Shown: positions 54,702-64,000 of the stretch, in pieces | Numbering within the stretch: the first letter of the stretch is position 1 | Layout of the letters: every line of letters starts with the position of its first letter | NCBI RefSeq assembly: GCF_025526975.1 | Contig: NW_026515683.1 | Span: 434,001 to 498,000 of the forward strand | Length of the DNA: 64,000 nt | Reading direction: 5' to 3' | DNA from: Fimicolochytrium jonesii | Lineage: Eukaryota | Notes under the pieces: model-generated | Told to the model about the DNA's origin: nothing | What the model saw: the letters and a program-made list of their open reading frames with translations, nothing else | Databases searched by the model: none | Made by a program: the position numbers and the translations under genes

Positions 54702-55715
54702 CTACAACTTCGCCTTCACTCTAAATTCCCCTTGCACGCCCCTCCCCACCCTCTCCCCAAACCTCCCGTCTACCAGAAACGGCACCAGCGGCTCCCACAG
54801 CGCCTCCTTCATGGCCTTCCGGAAGAAGCCCATATGTGCCACCGCCTCAACCCCGAACTCACCCAACTCCGCTTTCGGGTCCAGATACCACAACGGCACC
54901 TTCGCAGCAGGCATCAGCCGCAACCACGCGTCGTACGCTTCCCGCGACCCGCAGAAGGCGTCGTCGGTGAACCCAATCGCGAGAGTGCGGTGCTCCTCCG
55001 CATTGGGGGTATTATCCCCATCAGCAAGGAACCGGTCATACACCTCCTTGATATGCGGCTCAACGGTGCAATACTCCCTAAACCGCGTCCAGTACGACCA
55101 ATCCCTCGCAACACCCAGCGGTATATCCTCACACAACCCGATCGCGTTCGCTCTAAAGAGACCCTGCGGTGATCTCCCCACGCGAGTCCCGACGGCGACG
55201 ATGGCCGGGAAGAGGTAGGTTGAGATGGCGCCTTTGAGGTCGGGGTGGAACCGCCAGTGCGCGTTGTTGGGCGCGACGAAGAGGTACCTGCTGACTGAAT
55301 CCTTTGCGGGGTTGAGGGGGGCGATGTGGGCGCCTACACTGTGGCCGACGATCACCACCGCGCGGTCTGGGAACCGATCCTTCAAGAACATCGTGATGGC
55401 GGGTTGGTCATAGGTCGCCCATTCCTTCTGTATGGAGGCTAACGGTAACGCTCGGGCGTGTTCGGGTGTGGAACCCGTGAGCGAGTCGCCGATGCCGCGG
55501 TAGTCGTAGAGCAGCACCGGGCAGGAGTGGGTGGTGGCGAGGTAGCGGGCGAAGGAGACGTAGAAGGCGCGGGGGACGCCGGTTGCGGAGTTGATTTGGA
55601 TGGAGGGCGGTGGTGGGGTTGAGCTGGGGGTTTTGGTGGGGGTGAAAAGGGTGCTTGCGAGGGGGAAGGAGTCGACGGCGGCAAGGATGGTTAGGTTTTC
55701 CTCGGTTGCTGACAT
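54702..55715 (-). CDS. Alpha/beta hydrolase resembling the bacterial COG4757 type, intronless
   Basis: INSATGVPRAFY..FARYLA, YDYRGIGDS, GHSVG (nucleophile), FTDD, AHMGFFR. Confidence 0.85.
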   Translation of the reverse strand: MSATEENLTILAAVDSFPLASTLFTPTKTPSSTPPPPSIQINSATGVPRAFYVSFARYLATTHSCPVLLYDYRGIGDSLTGSTPEHARALPLASIQKEWATYDQPAITMFLKDRFPDRAVVIVGHSVGAHIAPLNPAKDSVSRYLFVAPNNAHWRFHPDLKGAISTYLFPAIVAVGTRVGRSPQGLFRANAIGLCEDIPLGVARDWSYWTRFREYCTVEPHIKEVYDRFLADGDNTPNAEEHRTLAIGFTDDAFCGSREAYDAWLRLMPAAKVPLWYLDPKAELGEFGVEAVAHMGFFRKAMKEALWEPLVPFLVDGRFGERVGRGVQGEFRVKAKL

Positions 55716-56243
55716 TGTGGTTGAGTTGGTGGGAATGGACGAGGTGTCGAGTGATCTTCGTCGGGGTGGCGGGACTGGGCGATATATCTGGACGGGGGCC
55801 TGGCGGCAGTCTATCGCGGGGAGGTGAGGGTGCTCTTCCTGGCGACGTCCCTCTCCCGTTTATATAGCTCTGGAATACCCTTGTATGCGCTGGGAGTGTC
55901 TGCGTGGGAAACAAGGCGGTTGGAGGAGAAAGAATGCAGGAGAGCGAGGAACGGGCGGACTCAGGGCCTTCCTCACGCGACACCCTCCCGCACGTGTCGC
56001 GCTCGGCCTTCTCCCCAGCACCCGCGGCATTCTGGCTTTCGAGTCGTTTGACACGGAGGGCGCCATCAACGACACACATGTATGAAGATTCTCGTATTCG
56101 CTCCTCGCGTATATCGTCCTCGTCGAAAAAACTAATCATATCCCTTCTTGGTTTCATGCTCAGCCTATCCCGGCTCATGTCCTTCCCAACTAATCCCACC
56201 CCATATCCAAATCCCCGTCAACTTCTCACCCCTCCGTCATCTT

Positions 56244-58139
56244 TCACTGCCTAACCCCCTTCCACCTAACCTTGAACCCCTCCCCGTCCTCCAAATTCAT
56301 CTTGCCCCACACCGCCACATCACTCACCCCCAACTCACACTGCTCCACCACAACCTCCTTCCACATCACCCTCCTGCCCCCACTCCCATTGTCCCCGCCC
56401 CACTCCCCTTTAGCTTTCTTCAACACACCCAACACATCCCGCGCGGTGATGGAAGTCGCTGGGGCCGCGTTGAGGTCAATGCAGATCCGGTGGAGGTGCG
56501 GGAGGGTGGCCGCAAGCTGGGTGAGAGTGCTCGTGAATAGGGTGAGGAGGGACGTGTGGGTGGGGTTGAGGGAGATTGAGAGGATTCGAAGGGGTTGTTC
56601 TTTTTCTTTCTCCTGTCGGTTTTCACCCCGCAACGCCTTCACCGCCGTCCAAAACGCTTCATCCACCCCGACAAGCGCACCGACCTCCCACAGGCCCGGG
56701 TGATGGCACACCAGTTTTGCGAGGGTGGCAGGGGCCACGCCTCCGGGTGTCGTCTCGCTTTGTTGAACGATGTACCCGACGCGTAGGACGCTGAGGTTGG
56801 GCAACTGCATGACTACATTGCAGAGGTCGGTATGTTGGGCGATCGGTAAAGGCACGCGGTGGTCGATGTGCAGTTCGCGCAGGGTGGCGTGAAGAGGCAG
56901 TAGGTGTTGGATGCCGAGTTGGATGGGTGGCGTATTGCCATTCACAACCGCCGTCTCCTCCCTTAACGGATCCGTGCCCTCATTCTTAACAAACGGATCC
57001 TGGGCAGTGTTCCCCTTATCCCCCTCGACCTCCAAACAAACCAAGTGCTTCAACCGCCCGATGTTCTTGATATCCGGCATCCCGCGTTCCCTCCCCGACA
57101 CGCCACACACGCGTACATGGTGCACCGGCGTCGTCCACTCCGCTCCACTCGCCGCCATGGCGGGGATATCGTTCAACGCGCCGAGGAAGGGGGCGTGGGC
57201 TTCGAGGACGCGCGGCGAGAAGAGGGAAAGCAGCCGGGCGACTTTTTGGGAGTAGGTGGCGAGCGTCGCTGGGGAGATGACACCCGGTGGGGGCGTGAGG
57301 GTGAATTGGTAGGGGACGATGGAGATGTTGGGTGTGGCGTGGCGGTAGCTTTCTTCTCCTCCTCCTTCTGATACTGCTAATCGCCCAAGTTTATCGTCCT
57401 CCGCCGAAGCAACATCGCGCCTCTCATCCCCACACGCCTCCCCCTCCCCACACTCCACCGCCGTCGCCGCCGTCCCATTCTCCCCACTCCCAGGTTCAAT
57501 CCCCGTCGGCCGCCACGCCCTCGCCCTATACATCAACATTGCCAACAGCCCGTTCAAAAACTCCCGCAGCTCCGCTTCATCCCCCGGGACCGACTCCAGC
57601 CCGACTTGCACGACCATCCCTTCACCAGCCACGGTCGCCTGCGTCGCGTCGCGGATCTCTTTGGGGAGGTATGTCCAGTGCAGTAACGGCGCGGGACGCT
57701 CGATGAGGGTTTTGGCGAGGCGTTTTTGGCGGCGACGGGTTGTGCGGGTTGTGCGCGATGCATCCTTCGTGTTCGCGTCCTTGGTATTCCCATCACTCCC
57801 CTCATCACTCGCCCCATTCCCCTCCTCCCCTACAACCCCGACCCTCGGCTTGCCTTTATCCTCATCCTCGTCACTCTCCCTAACAGCTTCCGGCACCAGC
57901 ACCAAATTGACCAGCACAACCCTTGGATTCCACACCCACACATCGCCCTCATGTTTCCTCCGTCGGATACATCTGTGCCACTGTTTACACACCAGCGGGG
58001 CGACGAGGTGGTACTCCAGCGGGCCGAGAAAGGAGACGATGCGGCGGATGAGCGGGCAGGGGAGCGGGTTGGGGCGGGTGGAGCGCGGGAGGCTGGATTG
58101 AAGGGAGAGGGAGGCGAGATCTTCGGTTACGGGGTCCAT
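56244..58139 (-). CDS. F-box protein with a degenerate LRR-like C-terminus, intronless
   Basis: LPCPLIRRIVSFLGP...LVCKQWH; LRELHI, LPNLSVLRV, LPHLHRICI. Confidence 0.7.
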   Translation of the reverse strand: MDPVTEDLASLSLQSSLPRSTRPNPLPCPLIRRIVSFLGPLEYHLVAPLVCKQWHRCIRRRKHEGDVWVWNPRVVLVNLVLVPEAVRESDEDEDKGKPRVGVVGEEGNGASDEGSDGNTKDANTKDASRTTRTTRRRQKRLAKTLIERPAPLLHWTYLPKEIRDATQATVAGEGMVVQVGLESVPGDEAELREFLNGLLAMLMYRARAWRPTGIEPGSGENGTAATAVECGEGEACGDERRDVASAEDDKLGRLAVSEGGGEESYRHATPNISIVPYQFTLTPPPGVISPATLATYSQKVARLLSLFSPRVLEAHAPFLGALNDIPAMAASGAEWTTPVHHVRVCGVSGRERGMPDIKNIGRLKHLVCLEVEGDKGNTAQDPFVKNEGTDPLREETAVVNGNTPPIQLGIQHLLPLHATLRELHIDHRVPLPIAQHTDLCNVVMQLPNLSVLRVGYIVQQSETTPGGVAPATLAKLVCHHPGLWEVGALVGVDEAFWTAVKALRGENRQEKEKEQPLRILSISLNPTHTSLLTLFTSTLTQLAATLPHLHRICIDLNAAPATSITARDVLGVLKKAKGEWGGDNGSGGRRVMWKEVVVEQCELGVSDVAVWGKMNLEDGEGFKVRWKGVRQ

Positions 58140-59187
58140 GATTGCTGCCCTCGTATGGTTTTCTTTCGGGGTGTGTGGAGACTGGGTGCTTGGAGGCTGT
58201 TGATCACCGTCTACTGCCTTTATGAGAGTGCTTGTGCAGCTTGGTTGTGTGCTGTGTGTTCGGGATGATCACCGCTTCCCGTTTTAACGCTGTTGGGGAG
58301 GTGGTCAACAAACCCTGACTGTGACCCACGGCCCAGCCCATCCAGGGACCCATCGCTTCGCTTCCGCTTGTCGCGCCGCGCATCGGACAAGAAACAACCA
58401 CCTTAATCGAAGCGGGTGTCCACCATACATATGAACCACAGACAGAAGGTAGGGGTATGTATACTGTACGTATGTATATATATAGCGAGTGCTTGTATGG
58501 GAAAATGAAAGGCACAGTGGAGATCTGCCACACCAGGTCAAAATCATAGGAAACGGCCATAACGATCCCCCTAGCTGAACGTAACCGAGCAATGCGCCCA
58601 CTACGTTGCAATCCAATTCGAGCCCCAAATATATTTGGTACATGAGTTGCTACGTCCGAGGACAAGGGGTCCGAGATGTATATGTATCGGCAGTGGATGA
58701 GTCGAGACACCTGAGCAAAGAACGTCAGAAGAACGTTGAGATGGCTAATGCAGTCGACCCTCGTTCGGCTTGGGGTCACGTGTTTGATGAGCGGCGAGGG
58801 GGGTGTGTGTGTGTGTGGGGGGGGGGGGGGGGTGTGACAAGATGACGTTGTGCCCAGTGGACAGCCACAACCCCCATCCATCCATCCAGTTATGGTCCAG
58901 TTGGAATGACGCGCCCTCCCTCGCTTCACATTCACATTGAAATGTCCCCTCCACGGCGCCCGAGGGAGAAGCTCAGCAAAACGGCAAAGGACCGCCGAAC
59001 GAGGCTTTGGAGGACGCTGCCAAACTACTGCCAAACTCACCCCCGAGTACCCGACTGCACTTACAACTACTACATATAAAGACGGGAATCCCCTCGTCCT
59101 CCCGCTTTCCTTCTGGCTCTCTCCCACGCACAGACGTCTTCCAACCCCTCGCAGAGCGCCGCAGCAGCTGTTGGTCCTCCCTCCCAA

Positions 59188-62100
59188 ATGGTCGCTCCAG
59201 ACGTCAGGCAACGGCCCTCCGCCGCTGTCAACACCATCGTCGACCACGACGCTACCAACAACGACGACCTTCCTCCGTTCAAAAGGAGGTTGAACACAGC
59301 TGCCACTACAACCCGGACCGTCAACGTAAGAATTGCTTGGAGGATCGCGCCGGAGTCTGGGCGAAGCGAGCCAAATTGCGCCGTAGGCGCAAGCATGCTT
59401 GGGGATGGCGAGCGACAGCGAGCCGAGGTCGTTCTTGCATCCTTCATCTCTCGACCAACATCCTCGTCGCGAGCGGAGCGAGCAGGGTATCGTTTGGTGA
59501 TGGGTGGTTGAAGGATGACGTTCGACGGCCGAAGATTGACGGTCGATAGTTGATTTTCCTTCACTGATTCCCTTTGGCGTTCGTCTAGATCTCGGCAAAA
59601 TGGGTGCCCCGCCTGCATACCTTCTTTGGATACAGCGCATTCCTCGCCGCTCTGGCGGTCTGCCATCAGACCCACTGGAAACAGGTCTTGAAGAACGAGG
59701 TTGCTGGTTGGCCTCAGGTGCGTTGGGACCCGATGCAACAGGATTGTCAGTCTCGATGGGAGTGGGAATCAGCTGACGGATTATCTTCCATGAAACAGGA
59801 ATGGTTCCCGTCAGTTTCCGCTGTGACTGGAGACTGGTACCCGGCTCGTAATGTGTTCCAGATCCTGATCGCCTTGGCTGCTGGTATGTCTGTGCTCTGT
59901 TTTTGCGCCAAAACCTGAGCGAGCGGCGCAGAATAGCGTTATTATCGTTTACATTACTGACACCGAAACCTCGCAGGCCCTCGCTTCCTTCTCCTCCTGC
60001 TCAACTACCTCACAACATCCATCAGCGCAACAACAACAACCACCTCCGTCCTCTCATCCGTAACACTAGTCTTTGGCCTAATCCGCACGCTCAGCTGTGG
60101 CGGATGGGTCTACATCACATCCTCCGACCAGCACGATGTGCACGACGTGGCCATGATCACTTACTTGGTCGCTGGGCTCTTGTACATGGGTGGAATGACC
60201 GTTTTGTCGAGGAGGACCGAGCAGACGACGGGGAATAAGACTGGGTGGAGGTCGAGAGCCGCTTGCATCGCGGGGTTTTTGGCTATGGTGCCGGGGCTCG
60301 TGTACTTTTTTATCAGGCACAAGTTGGATAAGATTCCCGGAGGTGAGGTTTGCGAGGGGAGATAGTCGAGATTCGTTTCTACCTTGCCGGAACGCATTAT
60401 TGCACAATTACTCATACGCTTAATCCCACCAGCCTACTCCTACTACGCCCTCTTCGAATGGTCCGTCATCCTCTTCGACGTCGGCTTCGACCACGCCACC
60501 TCCATCGACGTCAACGACATGTCCATCCAGCTCTCCATCCCCGCCCCGTCACGAGCAGCCTTGAAACTCAAACGCGAAGCTGATCTGGACACACCCGCCG
60601 CCGTCCGCAGACCCATCTTGATTGGCGCGCATCAGTACTCTAGCTTACCGAGTTATGTTGCTGATACCTATCTGGGTGCGTAGGATCAGAGGTTTACGGA
60701 GCGGTGCCAATGAGGCGTCACTCAGGCGCGCTGGAACTGGAGCATGCGGCGTAATTGGTAGCTCGTTGTACTTACTGGTTGATGGAAATATATTAGGTTT
60801 CTGTTTTTGGAGTCTCGCTACTTCGCTTGGACTTACCATCTGGTGAGTGCGTCCTTTTCTAGTTCATGGCTCCCATATGCATCAATCGGCGCCTTTTCAT
60901 TGTGGTTGACCGGAGATTCCCACGTTGCTAGGTACTTCCCACTATGGAACATGGGTCTCAGCGGTTTCGAAGCCTTCCTCTTCACCTCCATGTCACCCAT
61001 GCTCCTCGGTCTTCCGTTCCTCCGCCGCTGGGTCCACCGTTTCCCCGGCATCTTCCACCTCCTCTCCCTCGTCGGTCTTCTCGCCTACCGCTTCCCAGAC
61101 CCAACAACCCGTCTCTGCATGGTCGGCACGGGTGTCGGCTTCTCCTTCCTCGCGTGGAGCTCCGCACTGTTTGACGCCGACGCGATTTCCGCCAAGACTA
61201 CACAGCCGCGGTCGTGGAAGAAACCTTTGGCGTTGATGCTTGGGCTGTTGCTGCATAATGTGGTCAAGATTCACTCGTACTCGAACAATCCCCTGTGGCC
61301 GACGATGCGGAAGGAGAATGGAGGTTGGAATGAGCTGGGGCTGGGCTTAGCGGTTCTGGCGTGTCTGCAGGTCCTGGCACGTCCGTACTCTGGTAAACAG
61401 AAGCCCGCCGCGACGAACGACGTCTCGGCCCCACCCCAACCTAAACCGGAACGCAAACAAGGCCACTGGACAGGCGCCGCCGCCGGGTTCGCCGGCCTCA
61501 TATTCGCCCTCCACAGCATGCTCTCCGACTCCGGCATAATCCCCCTCTGGGCAACCGAAGGCTACCCCAACCCCGGCCCACCCCCCCTCATTGGCGGCGT
61601 CATCGTCCTCGCCTTTATGGGTCTCGGCCTCCTCGCCTCCTCCTCCCACCGTCTCGCCACCAGCAGCCTCTGGTGGCTCGCAGGCACCGCCGGCGTCAAC
61701 GCACTCTACTTCCTCCCCTCCGTCTCCGTCCCCGGCCGCGCGCTCGGGTTCGCGGGAGGCCTGATATTCACCATGTACATCTCCTCCATCGCCCCGACAT
61801 TGATGATGCAGCTCCCGTTCTTCCCCGCGGGACGGACCATGTTCCTCGCCATGTTCCTGTACGCGATCATGCAGCTCGCCCACGTCTGGACCGTTGCGTA
61901 CGCGTTCGTACCCCTGGGTGAATACGCCCGCGAGCGCACCCACTACGTCGTTGCAGCCATGCAGTTCCTCCTCTTCCTCGGCACCCGCGCTGCCAAACCG
62001 GTCTTAACCGCCGCGGAAAAGCGGGAAGCGCCCGTCCTCGCGCACAAGCTCCGCAAACATGAGTTCGCGAACCTCGCTACCATGCTTGCTGTCCTGTATT

Positions 62101-63182
62101 TGGGGCTGGCGGCGGCTGTGGGGGGGCGGTTGAGCGCGAAAAAGGAGATTGCGCCCATGCATCCTGAGGAGAGGCTGGTGACGATGGGGATCTGGACAGT
62201 GCATTTTGGACTGGATAATGAGATGTATAGCTCGCACAAGCGGATGGCGGAGGTTATTGGGGAGTTGGAGTTGGATGTCATTGGTACGTGTTTCATCGCG
62301 CTGGCCTATCTGCTCAGGGAATTTGGACAGCAACTGATACACTTCATCCACCCCAAACAGGCCTTCTCGAATCCGACACCTACCGCATCATCATGGGCAA
62401 CCGCGACCTCACCCAATACCTCTCCTCCACCCTCGGCATGTACGCCGACTACGGCCCCTCCCCCACAAAACACACCTGGGGCTGCTCCCTTCTCTCCCGC
62501 TTCCCCATCACGTCCTCCACTCACCACCTCCTCCCTTCCCCGGCCGGTGAGCTCGCGTGCGCGATCCACGCCACGCTCGACGTCCACGGCACGCCGGTTG
62601 ATGTCGTGGTCAGTCACAATGGACAGGAGGAGGACTGGGTGGACCGGAAGTTGCAGACCAATTATCTGGCGGGGCTTTTGGCGGGCAGCAAGAACCCGAG
62701 TGTGTTTTTGGGGTATGTGGTGACGAAGCCGGGATTGCGGGAGGAGCTCTATAGGACGCTTGTGGAGAAGGGGAGGGTGGAGGATGTGGATGAGAGTGAT
62801 TGGGATCGGTAAGTTGCCGGATTCTTGAAGCTTTCTTGTTGATCATGGAACGAAGATTTTAACACATCCTTTTCCTGCTCATCTTTTCAACAGCTGGTGC
62901 CAATACATCTTCTTCCGCGGCCTGCACCGCACCGGCTACGCGCGCATCTCCCACGGCGGAATCACCGACACAGAGATCCAGACCGCCAAATTCGTCGTGC
63001 CCACAACCCCCCTGTCCCTGCCCCCCACATCGAAAATCGCCCACGCGTTGACCCGAACACCCGAGAGGGATGTACCGAAGGGACGAATGTACCCGGAGCA
63101 GTTCAAGGGGAAGGGGGTGAGGGGACACTTTTATCATGTGTTTGGGGAGCCGAGGTATTGGACGGAGGGGACGAGTGAGTAG
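59188..63182 (+). CDS. CWH43: CWH43/PGAP2IP GPI lipid-remodelling protein (Frag1 domain plus EEP domain), multi-exon
   Basis: [110 protein letters not shown]. Confidence 0.95.
59359..59490 (+). repeat. Intronic hairpin repeat family, copy 5 (CWH43 intron 1, 59326-59588)
   Basis: Perfect hairpin TTGCGCC-GTA-GGCGCAA, the GAGCGACAGCGAG motif and the 29-nt identity with the BFR1 copy. Confidence 0.85.
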
Positions 63183-63387
63183 GGCGTAGACAGACGGCGT
63201 ATGAGTGATTTGAATTTTTTTTGTTTTGTTATGGTGTGATGGAGGGAACCTTTTTCTGGTGGAATGGGGTGTTTGGGCTGGATGATGCACTACAGCGATG
63301 TACTGTATATATGATGAAACATCCCAACTTAGATTTGGGCTAGACTTCTACTCTAAGTCTATACATGTGAGCTCTATTCATATTCGT

Positions 63388-64000
63388 TCACACCTTCCTA
63401 GCCAAAAGCACCATATTCCGCGGCGAACTCGCATGCTCAAATAACGGGACGAGGATCGCCTGCACCACACCCTCTCCATGTCCACGCTCACCCGCCCCCT
63501 CCTCATCCCCCAACAACCCCTCCAACGTCACCCCACATCCAACAACAACAACATCGACATCAATCCCCGCTTCCCGCGACCCGCCAGCAGCCTCCACAAC
63601 AGCCACAAAGCGATCGACTAGAATCAGACTCTCCACGCATTCCGCAAGCAGCGCCCGCAACGTCCACGCGGCGGCCACCTCCTTCTCGCGCGCGGCGTAG
63701 CGACGCTCGTACGCTTCGAGCAGGGGTATGATCTGCGCGGGCGTGTACGGGATGTGGAGTTTGGAAAGGGCGGCGAGGGCGTAGGGTGTGAAATACGGCG
63801 TGTAGGCTGCGCGGGGGAGTTTGCCGAGGGTTATGTGGTGTGGGTGTTGTTGTTGGTGTGTTGATGATGGTGGTGGGTGGTGGGGTGGGAGGAGGTTGTT
63901 GTCCACAATGAGGATCTGCAACAAAGCCCGGAAATGATGTCGCCGGAAACTCTCCATCGAGGCCTCAGGGTCGTCCATCCATCGACAGGTGGCTTGGCAC
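63388..64000 (-). CDS. METTL25/RRNAD1-like methyltransferase, C-terminal end; truncated by the window edge
   Basis: RHHFRALLQ, WTLRALLAECVESLILVDR, LVPLFE..SPRNMVLLARK. Confidence 0.8.
   Translation of the reverse strand, partial: CQATCRWMDDPEASMESFRRHHFRALLQILIVDNNLLPPHHPPPSSTHQQQHPHHITLGKLPRAAYTPYFTPYALAALSKLHIPYTPAQIIPLLEAYERRYAAREKEVAAAWTLRALLAECVESLILVDRFVAVVEAAGGSREAGIDVDVVVVGCGVTLEGLLGDEEGAGERGHGEGVVQAILVPLFEHASSPRNMVLLARKV

Noticed and set aside
58350..58385. Possible sixth copy of the hairpin repeat (minus strand GCGACAAGCGGAAGCGAAGCGATGG)
   Set aside because: Only a short motif match without the conserved 3' block; left unassigned
58204..59640. 478-aa minus-strand ORF
   Set aside because: Runs through a promoter, homopolymers and the CWH43 exon/intron antisense; composition is not protein-like

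Overview
Gene-dense, intron-rich eukaryotic DNA, most likely from a zoosporic (chytrid-type) fungus: fungal genes (PHO85, CWH43, BFR1) occur alongside a centriolar HYLS1, a TMEM94-like P-type ATPase and a rhodopsin-class GPCR. About 20 intact genes can be reconstructed by hand from GT-AG introns: separase, LeuRS, SYF1, an OS-9-like lectin, an F-box/ankyrin protein, UTR4+LTO1, a glycosyltransferase, an HNH protein, TMEM94, three 7TM receptors, an EF-hand NDH-2, PHO85, BFR1, an ArsB-family permease, HYLS1, an aminotransferase, an alpha/beta hydrolase, an F-box protein, CWH43 and METTL25-like. Decayed fragments lie at about 14.6-16.7 kb. The most notable observations are four. (1) A dispersed hairpin-rich repeat family with GNA-triloop motifs sits inside the unusually long introns of five unrelated genes, with its core always in the host gene's sense orientation. 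(2) UTR4 and LTO1 form an in-frame fusion, and its junction intron would give a stop if retained. (3) A cluster of three 7TM receptors includes an opsin-like GPCR with Met at the Schiff-base Lys position. (4) A strong C-rich-then-G-rich skew oscillates over a few hundred bp within genes. All annotation was done by eye; no database searches were run.
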